Origin: Sarea resinae | Lineage: Eukaryota | Direction of reading: 5' to 3' | Length of the DNA: 64,000 bases | Assembly: GCA_026026165.1 (NCBI GenBank) | Contig: JAPEUD010000019.1 | Span: 248,001-312,000, forward strand | Part shown: piece by piece, positions 49,359 through 62,595 of the stretch | Numbering within the stretch: the stretch's first letter is position 1 | Layout: each line of letters begins with the position of its first letter | Position numbers and translations under genes: made by a program | Notes under the pieces: generated by a model | The model's input: the letters and a program-made list of their open reading frames with translations, nothing else | The model's database searches: none | What the model was told of the DNA's origin: nothing

Positions 49359-52300
49359 ATGACTGACCGTCGCTTCAATGACCTTCTCTACGGCCATCTA
49401 GGAGGAGCTGTTTATGATCCCGACACCCGACAATGGGTGTTTAGCAGACTGCCAAATCCCCAACGACAGACCTGGGCGCTTTTGCGACCGCTTTCTGTCC
49501 AAGGCTCGGCGCAAGAGGCCTTTAGGCCCCTGAGGCCGTCTCCTGGGTTTTTGCAATCATGGGAGTCTTCAAGACCTGACGGACGACGCCTCCTTGGTAA
49601 AAGGCTGCAGCATGAGACACAATCATTGGTCCAGTCGCATCCGCAACTTGTTCCTGGACTGGATTCTCTGGTACCCTTCGCCACTGTCTCTGAAGCTGTC
49701 ACCAGATTGACAGCTCATAACGATCCCATAGTTTCCGATCTCTTCGCCTTTGGCAAGGCTGCCGATCTTGATAATCAGGTATCCGGTGCTCGTACGGTAC
49801 CGATCGTTGCTGTAGCGGGAGGGAAGTCTGGAGAGACTGTACGACTGATACATGTCCGAAGCCAAAGTCTAGCATGGGGTTTTCATAAAGGGGTGCAGCT
49901 TGGGGTCCCAGTCCTTGGAGAAGGCGAAGAGGGTTGCTGGTCCGGTACCGGTGCAGCTGTGCAGCAGATTCGTTTTGCGGAAACTGGAGGAGAGCCCAGT
50001 GCGTGGTTGGCGGTACGGTCGCCAACGTCAACGACTATACTACGAATCACCTATCATCGAGTTCCTGTTCCATCTTCCTCTGCTGAACGTGGATTCCGGC
50101 ATTTTCACCCTCCATCACGAATACATGCCAATCAGATCGTCACAATTCCTGTGGGGTCTACTGGCATTACGCATGCCGACGTTTCCTTCAACCCATGGTA
50201 TCATCGACAAATTGCCATCGTAGATCAGAAGGGTAACTGGGGTGTTTGGGAAATTGAGGGGCAAAAGCGCAAGAGGTCCTTGTACACTGCGGTGGCAGGA
50301 ACGGGTGGTCATATCTACGACGGCCTAGATCAGGATACAGAAAAGGATCACCTGGGAAATGCTGACGGTTGGGCCGCTGTACTTTGGGTGGGAAATGTGA
50401 AGACGGTCGTCGTCTGTAATCGAAGGCATATGGCGTTGTTCGACCTGGATGCTGAACCTAGACGATTACCATGTCCGGACTTGAGCATCGCAAAAACATC
50501 AAATTGGATTCTTGGCATAGAAAGAAGTCCACTCAAAGAGAACCATTTTTTTATCCTGACATCTTCCCACCTATTCTGGCTCGAGGTTACCCCGTTTGAT
50601 GCTTCGATTGAACGAGCAGACGCTGGTTGCAAGATCTTAGTTTCATGGCGACATTTTCGTCATGGAGAAGACATTGGTCTACGATTCAGCCTTTCGTGCA
50701 TAGGTCAAGGTATAGCTCATCCGACACCTTTAGCGTCTCTATACTGACCTACTTTCTTTAGATCTATTGCTGCTTCTTTACTCTCGATTGAACAAGCTCA
50801 TTACAGTATTTCAATTCTCCTTGGAGACAGGAATCGGATCTTTCCCTGTTCCAATATCAATATCCGATCCGTCGCTTCTTGAATTACCTCTGGGAATTGT
50901 TGACTTTTCGAATAATAGAAACTCTGGGGCCAATCATGAAATGGCTAAGTCCATCTCTTCTATTGTAATGCGGCCGGCTGAGTACGTTATCCGGCAAAAT
51001 GTGGCTTCAGCTGGTCCTGGTAATTTCTATATGGACAACGGAGTGCAATTCCACTCGATTTTCTTTATGTGCAATGACCTTACCGTTTCGCCGGGACTCT
51101 ATGCCAGCAGACCTTCTGTTGAGAAGCCGAAAGGACGTTTCAATATTGAAGCCCCAGATGTCTTGATGAAGGCTCTAGAACCGAAGAGCTCCACGAGAAT
51201 TACGGAGGATAATTTCGTCGTCGGTGATGATGAGGTATTGCTCGGACAACGGCTCAATGGCGTTACAGCTGCAAAGCACGCTCATCGGTACCAGGGGAGA
51301 ATTCTCCGGACTTCTGCCCGAGGTCATCTCGATCCTTGGACTGTGCCAAATGAGAAGATTTACGACGAAGCTTTCCAGGATATTGGACCTGCCGAGACAC
51401 GGGCGGATTCCTCAACAGAGGGTTTTACGTCTTACCTGGAGAAATTGAACAGTCGGTTGCTGGCTAAATTGGATATTGGGTATACTTCAATCGAATCGCT
51501 GTTAGTGTAATATCCTACGAAAGTCATCTCAAATTAGTAGCTGATCAGTGCTCTAGACTGGAGCTAAACTCCTCAAGATTACAGATCGACGACGTGGACG
51601 ACGCATCTCTTCGACTCAGCGAACTTCTTCACTCTTTAGGCAATCATCAAAACGAGGATGGCAACACTAACACTTTGGCCTTCCGAACCCTTGACCTCAA
51701 TGACCGGCCGGCAAATCAAGCCACCGGCCAGGGCATGGAGGCGGAGCCTCACCTCCGCGATTCTCTTACACGCCTTTATGACGACTTGGTTGCAAAGTGG
51801 GTTTCACCGCTTCCCGCCACCATTCCAGGGATAGTGCGTCTCTCGAGAGAACGAGCCGCACGCAAAATAGCCGCGGAGATTTGCCTCGCCAGTATTGGCG
51901 CAAGCGTTCTTCCAAATACTCCCGACGATATAAACGACCATCCTTTTCCAGACATCATTAATCCACCATCCTTGAACCTTGCGAGACGTTCTCAATTTGA
52001 GGGAGCTTCGGCATCCCAATCCTTATCTCCATCTCGGTCTCCGTCTCTATCTAGCAACAGCAAGGAGAAACAACCTGTCCTCCATTCTTCTTCGCCACCA
52101 GGACCTTTATCATCCCAACCTCCGCCCCCGCTACCAACCCCTACACCTACACCCTCGCTTCATTCCCAGACCTCTATGTCCTCCTCTCACGATGAAGCAC
52201 CATTCACCGCCCGCCTAAGATCCTACACTTCTACCCCTGCTCTCCCGCCTCTTCCTCGCTCCTTGTCTACTCTTATCTCGCACTGGACTCCAGGCATGAA

Positions 52301-52790
52301 TCCTGAGACATATTCTTGGAGTAGAACTGGAAAGGCTATTGCTTTAGCTTCTTCGCAGCAAGACTTAGACTCCGATCACTCCGAGGTCGAAAGGAGAAAA
52401 GAGAGGAGGAAGAAAGGAAAGGCGAAGAAGGCCAGGTCTTCGCGCGCAGAAAGTTGGGCGAGCTCACAGCCAGGAATGGGACCGCCGAGCATTGCGACTA
52501 CGACTACCAGTACGCAACCAAACCTATCGCGTCCGTGGATGAGTTCGCCTCCTCCACCGCATTTTGCTTCTGCGTCTACGTCTCGACCGAATGCAAGCCC
52601 AGCACAAGGAACTAGTTCACAAGCTCCTCACCCTCCCAACATGCACTCCACAGCTGGAGACAGAGACGACCATCCTCCGTCTTCATCGCAGCCCTTTCCG
52701 ATGAGTCAGGCAGAGCGTGGGAAATTCGGTACCAGAACATCTCTCGGAACGAAGAAAAAAAGGGGCAGCAAGAGGCCTGGGTTCAGGTAG
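49359..52790 (+). CDS. RRN6: RNA polymerase I core factor subunit Rrn6
   Basis: LLYGHLGGAVYD..HADVSFNPW..IVDQKGNWGVW..LVSWRHF..HWTPG..MSQAERGKFG..KRPGFR*; 2 introns. Confidence 0.85.
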
Positions 52791-53477
52791 TATTGCTCAA
52801 ACGTAATCATAAAATAAGCACAACAAGTTCCTAGAATTTGAGAGCCCCGTTTTTGGACTCGAGTCTGGCTTCCGGTGTTGTATATTTATCTTTTCTTTCG
52901 GTCTTCGGTGTGGCGTTTTCCGGCTTATTGGCTTGATATAAGTCGGGGCGAATTAGAGCGGGGCTTGAGCATTTACGGCGTTTATTGTATTTGACGGTTA
53001 TTTCCTATGTTCTTTTAGGACTCTAGTATTATGAAGAGGAGTTCTGCAATGGCTTTTAAAAGAACATCTAATCGTAGATAAGACATAAGGTTTATGAATT
53101 TTCACGTTTGATTTGACAAATTCATGATGATATTGATGATGAGATTGGTCTGCCTATTTTTCAAGATCTCAACAGGACCTTTTATTTGAGTCGACCAGAC
53201 TATATGGAATCACACGTTCACGACGGGATAGAGGAATTGATTTGGGAGTATGGTTATTTGAGGATTCTCGAGTTTACTGGAGTATTGTTGTTGAGCTGAA
53301 GCCACAGCCAAGCCTCTGCAGTGGCGGAGTTACGCAAGCGATTCGTCGGCCGAGCTACGAAATACATGTGCGCGTTGGACCACTCTCTGGTACTGCCCCT
53401 CAGGCGTCATATTCGAAACTGTTCCATCGTGATTCCACCACTCCTCTTCTCCATCGCCATTATCACGGTCTTTCAAT

Positions 53478-54980
53478 ATGTCGGACTCAAAATCACAAAC
53501 TCCAGACGAGACAAAGCAGACTCCTTCTAAAGGGCCATCAGCGAGTGCCGAATCCCCGACCACCGCTCGTGAGCTTGATTTCGATGACGAGCCGCAAGAG
53601 CTCGGCGTCGTGAGCGGCGAGCCTGGAGCAGCTCCAGGGGCTAAGCGTCCATCCGGAGCTGCAAGGGCAGTATCTGGTGATGAGAAGGCTCCGCCGAAGC
53701 CACCACGCCCCTTGAGCCCACAGCAGCAAGCCGAAAATACATTGAAGGAAGCCTTTCCGAGCATCGATGCGGCCGTGGTCAGGGCAGTATTAACGGCCAG
53801 TGGAGGCAAGGTTGAGCCAGCATTTAATGCGCTGTTAGGTACGCACACTCAAACCCTCATCTTGTACCCTACTAACATCTGTAAGGCATGTCCGATCCTG
53901 ACTCGCAGAAAGAGACGCCTCCGCCACAGCCGCCGAGACCGACTCAGTCACCACTGGGAGCTACGTCAACGAAACGATCGCAACTGGAGGCTGACGAGTT
54001 GTATGCCCGCCAGCTTGCCGAACATTACAGTGCTTCTTCTGGATATGGATCAAGAGACCGAGGTGACCCGCCGATGCCTGGCGGTCGTCGGGAATCCAAC
54101 CTGAAGCCAAATGAGCTCTACGATGACCGCGACCATAGCTTCTTCGACGGTATGCATTTCTTTTTCAAATGATATATCCTGATGCTAACAATGCGACATA
54201 GATGATCTCCCAGTCATACGGGAGAATATCCGCAAAGGCTTTCTAGAGACTCAGTCCAAAGTCAATAAATGGGTCGCCGATTTCAAAAAGAAGATCGACG
54301 GAGAAGAAGAAGACGAGGAATTTCAGGGCCGACCCCCAGCACAAGGCTATCGCGATTCGCCTCGCCAATCATACGGCATCCGACCGAGCGGAGAACTAAA
54401 TCGTCGAAGCGGAGACAGAGACCGCTACGACGCCGACCCTCGAGTCCTTGGCGACGACTTCGCCGCCTTAGAGCTTCGAGACGAAGAAGGTAATTTAGAC
54501 AAGCATCCCTCGAAATCTCTACTCCATACTCATTCTTCCTTAGCAGCTGCAGCAGGACACCCTTTGCCCTCATCGCGCCCACTCGCCAATCCTAACCTTT
54601 TCAAGCCTACGCCGCGCAGCCCGCCTCAATCGGGCCCCGTGGATGAAGTTGACGCCGCCTTTCGCACTCAATCCCAAGCGAAGCGCCCTACAAACACCGC
54701 CGAGAAAGCATCCAAATGGCAGCCTCTCACGTCCATCGACCCCAGTCCGGTCGCCGACGACCCATTCAGTCTTGGTGACAGTGACGACGAGCGCGAGGCG
54801 AAGACCAAAGATTTGAAGGGCGAGGACTCTGAGAGACTGAAGCGGGCTGCGGCCGAGGCAATGAATGAGGATATTGGGTCCTCGTCCGGCTCGTCGGGGA
54901 AGAAGTTGGAGCCGCATCAGAAGACTGGCAGCCAGGGGACTAAGGATAAGGAGGCCGAGGAGGTCTTGAACCTACGGTGA
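53478..54980 (+). CDS. CUE5: CUE-domain ubiquitin-binding protein Cue5
   Basis: LKEAFPSIDAAVVRAVLTASGGKVEPAFNALL|GMSDP; QLEADELYARQL; DDLPVIRENIRKGFLETQSKVNKW; 3 introns. Confidence 0.9.
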
Positions 54981-56848
54981 GGGGGATGATGGTGATGATT
55001 GTTTGATATACTGGATTATCTTGCCTCTGCAAGGCAGCCATCTGGTTCTTTTCCCTCTATCTGTTTGCTAGCGAGAAATTGGGCACGATCATTATCTTCT
55101 CTATTGCTCCATCCTGTCATTGCTCCTCTCGGGATACGGGCAGAGATAGTGTACGCAGCGAAAAGGCGGTAAAATGAAATGCCGAAAGAGCAATTCAACG
55201 AGAGCAGCCATGGGTCGAGATGATATCGTCATCTCTATCGATGCTCAACCTTGCCCATGTGCAGTCCTCGTGGCTGCCTACCCCGGAGTACTTCGTACAT
55301 CATGGATCCATGGATGACCTTCCTCATCGGTCTGGGTCAAACGTGCTAACGACGCCTCTCTGCGTCGCCCAAGCAATGCCGTACGGTGTGGGATGGCACC
55401 ACAAGTGCATATTTGTTACATACTTCGTATCTCGTGGCACGGAGACGGAGACAGAGAGAGACGTAATTTGCTTTGTTCCTCTCGGGCTCTTTTCCAGTTG
55501 TCGCCCGTCTTCTCCGTCCTTCAGCTACCCCCTACGTACTACATAGTACGTCGTACTTGCCCCGTGCAGTCATTGATCGATGTTGAAATGGACACTATCT
55601 CATACTCGGTGGATACGTACTCATAGTACTCAATGGGGTTCTCGCCTGAGATGAGCGACCGAAATAGCACTCGACTGCGTTCGAGGAAGGATGATCAAGC
55701 TGATATGAAGTGGAAGCTTCGTCGGCCACTCTCTGGTGTCACTCGGTCAGGTATGTCAGGCATGTCAGGTATGTACATGGTGGTACCGGTCCAGCTGGGT
55801 CTGGCGGACCGGGTACTTTCCCCGATCGAGACGATGTAATTTCGATTGATGGAAGCCGCCTCGCTGCTCTTCCCCTTTTCCCCTTCGCTTCGCCCACGGC
55901 TCGAGGGCACCAGCGACGACCATTCCCGTTGGGTGTCTAGTGGCGGGTTAGCATGCACACTAGTCAGGTACGCTTGTGGTCGATCCCGGTGTGCTTCCTG
56001 TGCGCCCAGCTGCTGCTGTTGTTTCCCCTGACGGACTTCCCTACCATGTACTCGGAGTACTACTACTACCTCGTACATACTGCGTACGTTGCCGATTCGA
56101 GAGTAAGGTACTTGGAGTATGAAGTACTCCGATACTACGTGGTAGAGCTTTACGTGGGCGCCCTGTTGGCCTGTTGGACTGAGTGGACTTTGTAGCCTTG
56201 CAGAGCAGTCCTCTACTGCGGCACGATGTACTCAGAGTACACAATAGATGAAGGTACTTCGTCGCCTCTGTTCGCCTGCCACACCACTCACCACGCATCA
56301 CTGAACCCGCCTCAAGCACCACCCCCCCATGGGTTCCCCCGTCTCTACGAACTCGTCCCTACTGCCTAACCTACATACCCTTCCACCGATCCTCTCACTC
56401 TCATCCTCCACTCTCCTTCACTTCACCCTCACCTCTCCTCATCTCTTCTCCTCTTCCCCTCGTACATTTGCTGTCTTTCGACTCGTACGGTGGCCATGTC
56501 AATTCGCCATTGACGGCTCCATCCACTCTTTTTTGCAGCTGTCTGCATCCACTCCTTAACCCAGTATCTGAGCTTGCTTGCTTGTCTGTCGGGGACGTCT
56601 TTTTCATACCCCATCCATCTTCTTGTCTAACAGCATCTTCGACTCTTTCGTGATCTTCAAGCCCCATTGCACCTTGTATAGACTCACGACTGCCTTTTTA
56701 CCTTCTAATCTCGCCTTCGAATTCGACTCTTCGACGCGTTTTGCCGCTCACAAACGGTTCTTCTTCGCCAACGTTCGATCGTCAATTATCTGGTCGGCAC
56801 ATCCACTCGAGCCCGTCCCATTTTCTTTTTTTTTTATCCAAAGCGACC

Positions 56849-59023
56849 ATGAGCAGGTTGAGCCACGCTCATGAAGCTCTTCACTTCGCCAAGAGGGCCC
56901 CGAATCCCGATGCTCGCCCACTACCCATTCCCCTCGAGCGACTGAACAGTGCAGACGTCTTCCGGAGAGCTGCGACATTGGTGGCGAGGGCCCCGGCATC
57001 CGCTGCGACCACTTCCGAATGCCCAAAAGGCGACAATTCGGCAGGATGCCAGAAGCCTGTCAGCTCGAACACCGCGACTTTGCCAATCGTCCTAGGGGTC
57101 GTGTAAGAAGATGATGGGATCTCGCTCGTCTGTTTACATGCTAATCCTCTGTCTAGAATTCCCATCTCGGTCGCCATCGTCCTCTTTATCATTCTCCACC
57201 GAAAATATCTGAAGAAGCTTCGCCAAGAAGACGCCGAGGACAAACACAAGTCTCTCGACTTTGGCCTGGACATTGGCCCTGCTTCTGGCAGGAAGAAGGG
57301 CCCCAACGGGATTCCAGAAATGACCGTCACCACTTCGGAGACAGAGAAGGCGCTGCGTAGTGGCCGAGGCATGTCTATGGACATGGGCAGCCCCTATCTA
57401 CTTCCTCCAGAGGTAGACAAGTCTCGGGAATCCTTGCATACGCTGTCTCGGACGTTGAGTAATGCCTCGGACGACAAGTATAGACCGGTGACTGCTTTCG
57501 TAGCCAGCGACTCTTCCTCATTGCGGTCGTATCCTAACAGCACTCGCGGACGAGCGGATGATGCGTCAATTTACACTAACTCAAGCGACGGGTTTGGATC
57601 GAGTGCTGATCTGCTCAAGAACGCCCAGAGAATCTCGCGATCGAGTCCTCCGCTGCGGAAATCGTCAATGGCCGACATGGTCATCCCGGAGGTCAGGACA
57701 TCCCAAGAGACAAGGGGAGACGTGCATGAGGGATCACCGTCGATGCTGAATGGGGGTCTCGTCTCTCCCTCGGCCGCCGAAAGTGATAACGGTGACATGC
57801 GAAAGAGCGATAACTACTTGGGGGCTTTGATCCAAAGCCAGGAACCGTCCGAGGACCTTCAGCAGAAAGGAACGGATGATGCACACTCGGATTTGCAACC
57901 GACGGACGCGCGAAAAGCCCCACCCCCGGCTATTCGCACCGTATCTGTCGACGGCAAATCCGAGCAAGCTTACATGGACGATGGAGATTTTGGCGACGGC
58001 TTCAAGATAACCCCGCCGTCGCCCAGCGTCTCAGATCACCATGCTCCTGGTGCACGGAGACAATCCCTGGACCTGGTCGAGGAAACGTCGCCCAGCGGAG
58101 GTCTCGACGCTCCTGGTCTTGGATATGACATCCGAAGGTTGTCCATGGGCATTCGACCGCTTCCGCCAGACGATCCTACAGACAACCCCGAGCAGAGAGC
58201 GAATAGGATCCGTTCTTTCTATAAAGAATACTTTGACGATTCCAAGGGACCCGCTGCTGCAGGTGAGGGTGGCTACTACGATGCCTACGATCTTGACGAT
58301 GCGGCTATCTATGATCCATCGACTGGTCAGTTTGTCGTGGCCGGTGCTCCATACGCCCAACCGGTTAATCGCCGTGCCATGACTCCACCTCCCCGCGCGC
58401 CACGTTTACGAGGAGCGCGAAATATGTCTGGTGGGCCCGTTGCTGGTGGACCAAGGGCTTTCTCCTCTGCGTCTGGACGTCTTGCGGTCGGGCCTAAGAA
58501 ACCGCTGCCACCGCCGTCGCCTCTCAGGATCTTACCTACTCCTCACATGCTTAAAGATGATATGGCGGATCTGGTGCCCATCGACTACGCTCCCCCCACG
58601 ACATATAGGGACAGACAAGCTGGTCGACCCGAGAGTCCTTTAGGAGGTCTGAAGCAATACAATCCTCTGGTCCGGGCTCACACTCCACTCGTATCCGCTT
58701 TCGACGATCTTGCCGTTATGCCAAGCCCGTAAGTAGTCTCAGACCCTTTGACGATGTGTGGCTAACTCTTTGATAGACATGCCTTACGCAAATCTGGCAC
58801 TTTCACTGCTCTGGATTTTGCAGCCCCGCCTCGGTTCCAAAACAGCAACTCTGGCAGCGACGCTGGAAGCATCCGCAGCAACCGGAGTAACCGATCAGCA
58901 CTTCAAGTACAGAACATCCGTGCCGGGGCGTACCGTCTCAGTCGCATTCCCAAGGACGTCGTCGGTACCCGTGATGATTTGTCCGTCAGCTTGAAGCCGA
59001 GCTGGGATTTGCGCGCGAAGTAG
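56849..59023 (+). CDS. Single-pass membrane protein, Skg6/Tos2-like
   Basis: CQKP..LPIVLGVV|IPISVAIVLFIILHRK..KSLDFG; RANRIRSFYKEYF; LPTPHML; LKPSWDLR; 2 introns. Confidence 0.75.
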
Positions 59024-61264
59024 TCCCTGTCACGTCGTCTCTTTCAACTCTAATCGGAATTTCCTTTCACGTGTTTGTATTTCGGCACGGAGCTTCATGG
59101 ATCTCTGGCGATATACACGAGGTATCTCACGGCATGATCTGGACTGGCCAAGAAGGCTGTTGCTGTTGCTGTAGTTTACGGGCGAAGTTCATCTTTCAAT
59201 TGTTCATATTCGATGGGAATGGGAATGAAGGCAATTCAATTTCTTGACCCCTTAGACACTATAATGGTGCAGCGGGAATCTTTGAAAACTTAGCTACCTA
59301 TCTATATTTACAAGTCGCCGCTGGTCGTCATCGTGATTTGTGTTGGTGCTAGCGAAGACACCTCTGTAGGTAGGTAAGGTAGTTACGGTCGAGAAGCTAG
59401 GTCGGGCTACTGGCTAAAATTAAGTAGTACTGCTCTCCCAAACCTGCTTCCAGACAGCGGCTCTGAAGAAAGAAATCGGACTCGACCTAGCTAGCCTCGT
59501 GCGCAGTACTGAGTTGGTAGGGACGCGGCATCGAAGAGAGAGGTCGATGACTAATGCTCATGGCGAGATTATAATTGGGGCGATTGGGATCATTGGGAGG
59601 GGCGAAGGGAAATTACGGCGTAACTTTGAAGTCGAGCACAGTGCGTGCGTGGTACGAAGTGCTCGGTAGGGGAGCTGGGGCTTGACCGTGTTCCTTCAGG
59701 TGGTTCCTTGTTCACTGTTCCTTGTCCTTGTCCCCGGCAAGTCCTCCGTACATGATCCAGTCAGTGGTCCCGTTTTGAGGGCGACGAGTGGGAGTTGGAG
59801 GTGGAGGCCGAGGAGACCACCACCACCACCACTGTCGAATGCGCCGAATGGCTCGCTGGCAAATCGAGAGGAAGGTGTAAACTTTTACATGGCAGGTGTG
59901 TCTTCTTCTTGATCGTACATCGTACTGACGAGATGGATGTCTCCTCTGTGCATCGTACCATAGTACTAGAGTATGTATGTGCGAGAGGAGCGAGCTGGAG
60001 AGGACGAGTACTAGGGTATGATGACAGTGACAGTGGCTCCCATGGACGACGGTCGATGACATGCAGGCCCAGTGCATCCTTTCAGCTGCTGACGAGCACA
60101 GCCCCAACTGACTACCTCCGTAAGTGAATGAGCCAGTACGAACAGTCGAGCAGGAAAGAGTGACTTCTTTCTTTCTTTCTTGCTGGCTCGCTGGCGTCTG
60201 GCTCGTCTCGTCCCGCTATGACATTTCCGTCTTTTGGGTCGGGGCTTGCAAGAGGGAAAGCGACGGATTTAGTAGTCACACCACACCGCACTAACGACGA
60301 CTCTACGATGGAGTACGACCGCGTCCTCGTACTCGATGAAGTAGCTGACCGCTGAGGGGTACAAGTACCCTCTCCTGCTCAAGCCGGGTCGTTTGGAGGT
60401 ACTCGAGTAGGTCGGATGGATACGAACGACTCGCTCGCGACCTGCTCGCCCCGGCCACGCCCGGCTGCCCGCGAGGTCACTTGCAAGTCCTCGAGGACTA
60501 CGTACTCCGAGTACTTCGTACTTCTCTTCCTTCCTCCTGCTGATGATTATTGACGGGGGGGGCCGCAGCCGCAAGCAACAGCAGCAGCGGTGGTGATTTC
60601 CACTTCCCCCTTCACGGCCGACCGCCTTCCCTCTAATTCTCCTCCATCGGCCGGAAACGACACACCGTCGACCATCACCATCCCCATCATCCCCTTCTGC
60701 TTCAGCTTCACCGTCGCCATCGCCATCGCCATCGCCATCATCACCGCCATCGCCACCGCCGTCATTTGACTTTGTTCACTCTTCGCATCCATATACTCTA
60801 CTAATTCTGCTTTCACCTTTCTTTCTTCATCGGCGACCGTGGCCTTCCGATGTCCTCTTTGTCTAGCTGACCCTCGTCGATTGAGACGTCGCTGCCACTT
60901 CATTCACTCATTGCTGCAAATCCTCAGCTATCCATCCATCCATCCATCCAGTCAACCGACCGTGCAAAGGCATTCATCGTTGACCATCGAGCAAAGAGGG
61001 TGGTGGTATCGGTTGGCGAACCCAAGACGAGGAGCTCTCTCGTGAAACAAGCCCAAATCACGCGCAGTCTCGTATCTGCTACTCGACTTTCGAGAAACGC
61101 CCTTGTATACCCAACGAACGTCGCCGGTCTCTGTTGTTTGATCGTCTCTCGACATCAACGTCACCGCATATCTATCGATCCTCCCGCCAGCTTTGCACCC
61201 CTCATCCGATCCCTCTTCATTTACATAGTGGACGCGATATCTCTTATCCTCTGCATTAGCCAGC

Positions 61265-62595
61265 ATGTCGAATTCGACCAGTAAGTCTCTCACTGGACAT
61301 GACCGAACTTTCGCTGACGGGAAACAGCCTCTGCGACTAGCTTCGGCTCGAGCTCGACCTATTCACAGCAATCCTCGTTCTCTTCTTCTATCCCATTCAC
61401 CTCTTCCGCAACCTCAATTCCTTCCTCGTCAGCCTCGTCTTATTCGGCCTCGTCGTCGGCAACTTCATCTTACTATCCTTCGTCCTCGTCACAAACACCG
61501 ACCTCGACGTCACCATCATCACATGCCAGCAGTTCGGCTCCTTCAGTGACCTCGTCGACGCAGATTCCATCTTCGAGCTCTGCCATTGTCATCACTTCTG
61601 ATATCACTTCATCTGGTGCGTCGGCGCAAGCAACTACCATCGTCATTACATCCACCCAGTCACCCTCATCTGGCCCGACGACTTCAAAGACGTCTTCAAG
61701 CCATACATCGTCCGCATCATCGTCGTCTACGTCGGGTGCTCCTGCTTTGAGCGGCAATGGAACATCGTCATCTCATCATTCGAGTGGACTGTCGACGGGC
61801 GGGAAGATCGCCGTGGCAGTCGTGGTACCGATCGTGGCCGTCACCCTGATCGTGCTCGCTCTGCTTTTCTTCTGGAGAAGACGGAAGCAAAGGAAGGACG
61901 GAGAGGAATTGCGACGAAAGGAAGTGGAGGAGTACGGCTTCAATCCGAACAATGACCCGACCTTGCCTGCCGTAGGTGCTCTTGGATCCGATGGCTCTCC
62001 GCAAGAGATGAGAGAGGGCGAAGGTGGCTATAGAGGTTGGGGCGCTACTACGGGAGTGAGGAAGCCATCGACAACGCTCTCGAGCGGCAATGGAGCTATT
62101 GGTGTGGCCAGATCGGACAGCGGCAGTAATCCAGGTGGCTATGTAGCTGGGTCGCCAACTCGAGGACCAACTTCAGAAGCCCACTCTGGCGACCCTCTTA
62201 TTCATGGCTCGGGCGCCCGACCACTGAGCACTGACTCTGAGACCGTTGGCGCCCTGGGAGCTGGCCCGGCTGCCATCGACAACAGACAACAACAGGACAT
62301 CCACCGCGGAGCGTCCAATGCCTCTTCATCCTACTCAGCTGCGAACCGCTCCGATGGCTCGGGTGATGCCCCGCTACCAGGAAGCATGCCGCCCGGCGCG
62401 CAGTACTATGGGGGCGAAGGAGGCTATGACGACGGCGTTGCTGGGGGTTATCACCAACCAGGACCGTACGGCGATGGCTCCTATGGAGGTGGACAACCCA
62501 TCATCCGAGACGTGCAGGCGAGAAGGAATACGCGGATCGAGAATCCTGGCCTCCGGCCTCAACCAGGAAATGCGGGAATTTCGCAAAATTTCTGA
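61265..62595 (+). CDS. Ser/Thr-rich single-pass cell-surface protein, Mid2/Mtl1-like architecture
   Basis: MSNST|TSATSFGSSS.. long S/T tract, GLSTGGKIAVAVVVPIVAVTLIVLALLFFWRRRK, cytoplasmic tail ending GISQNF; intron 61281-61327. Confidence 0.8.
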
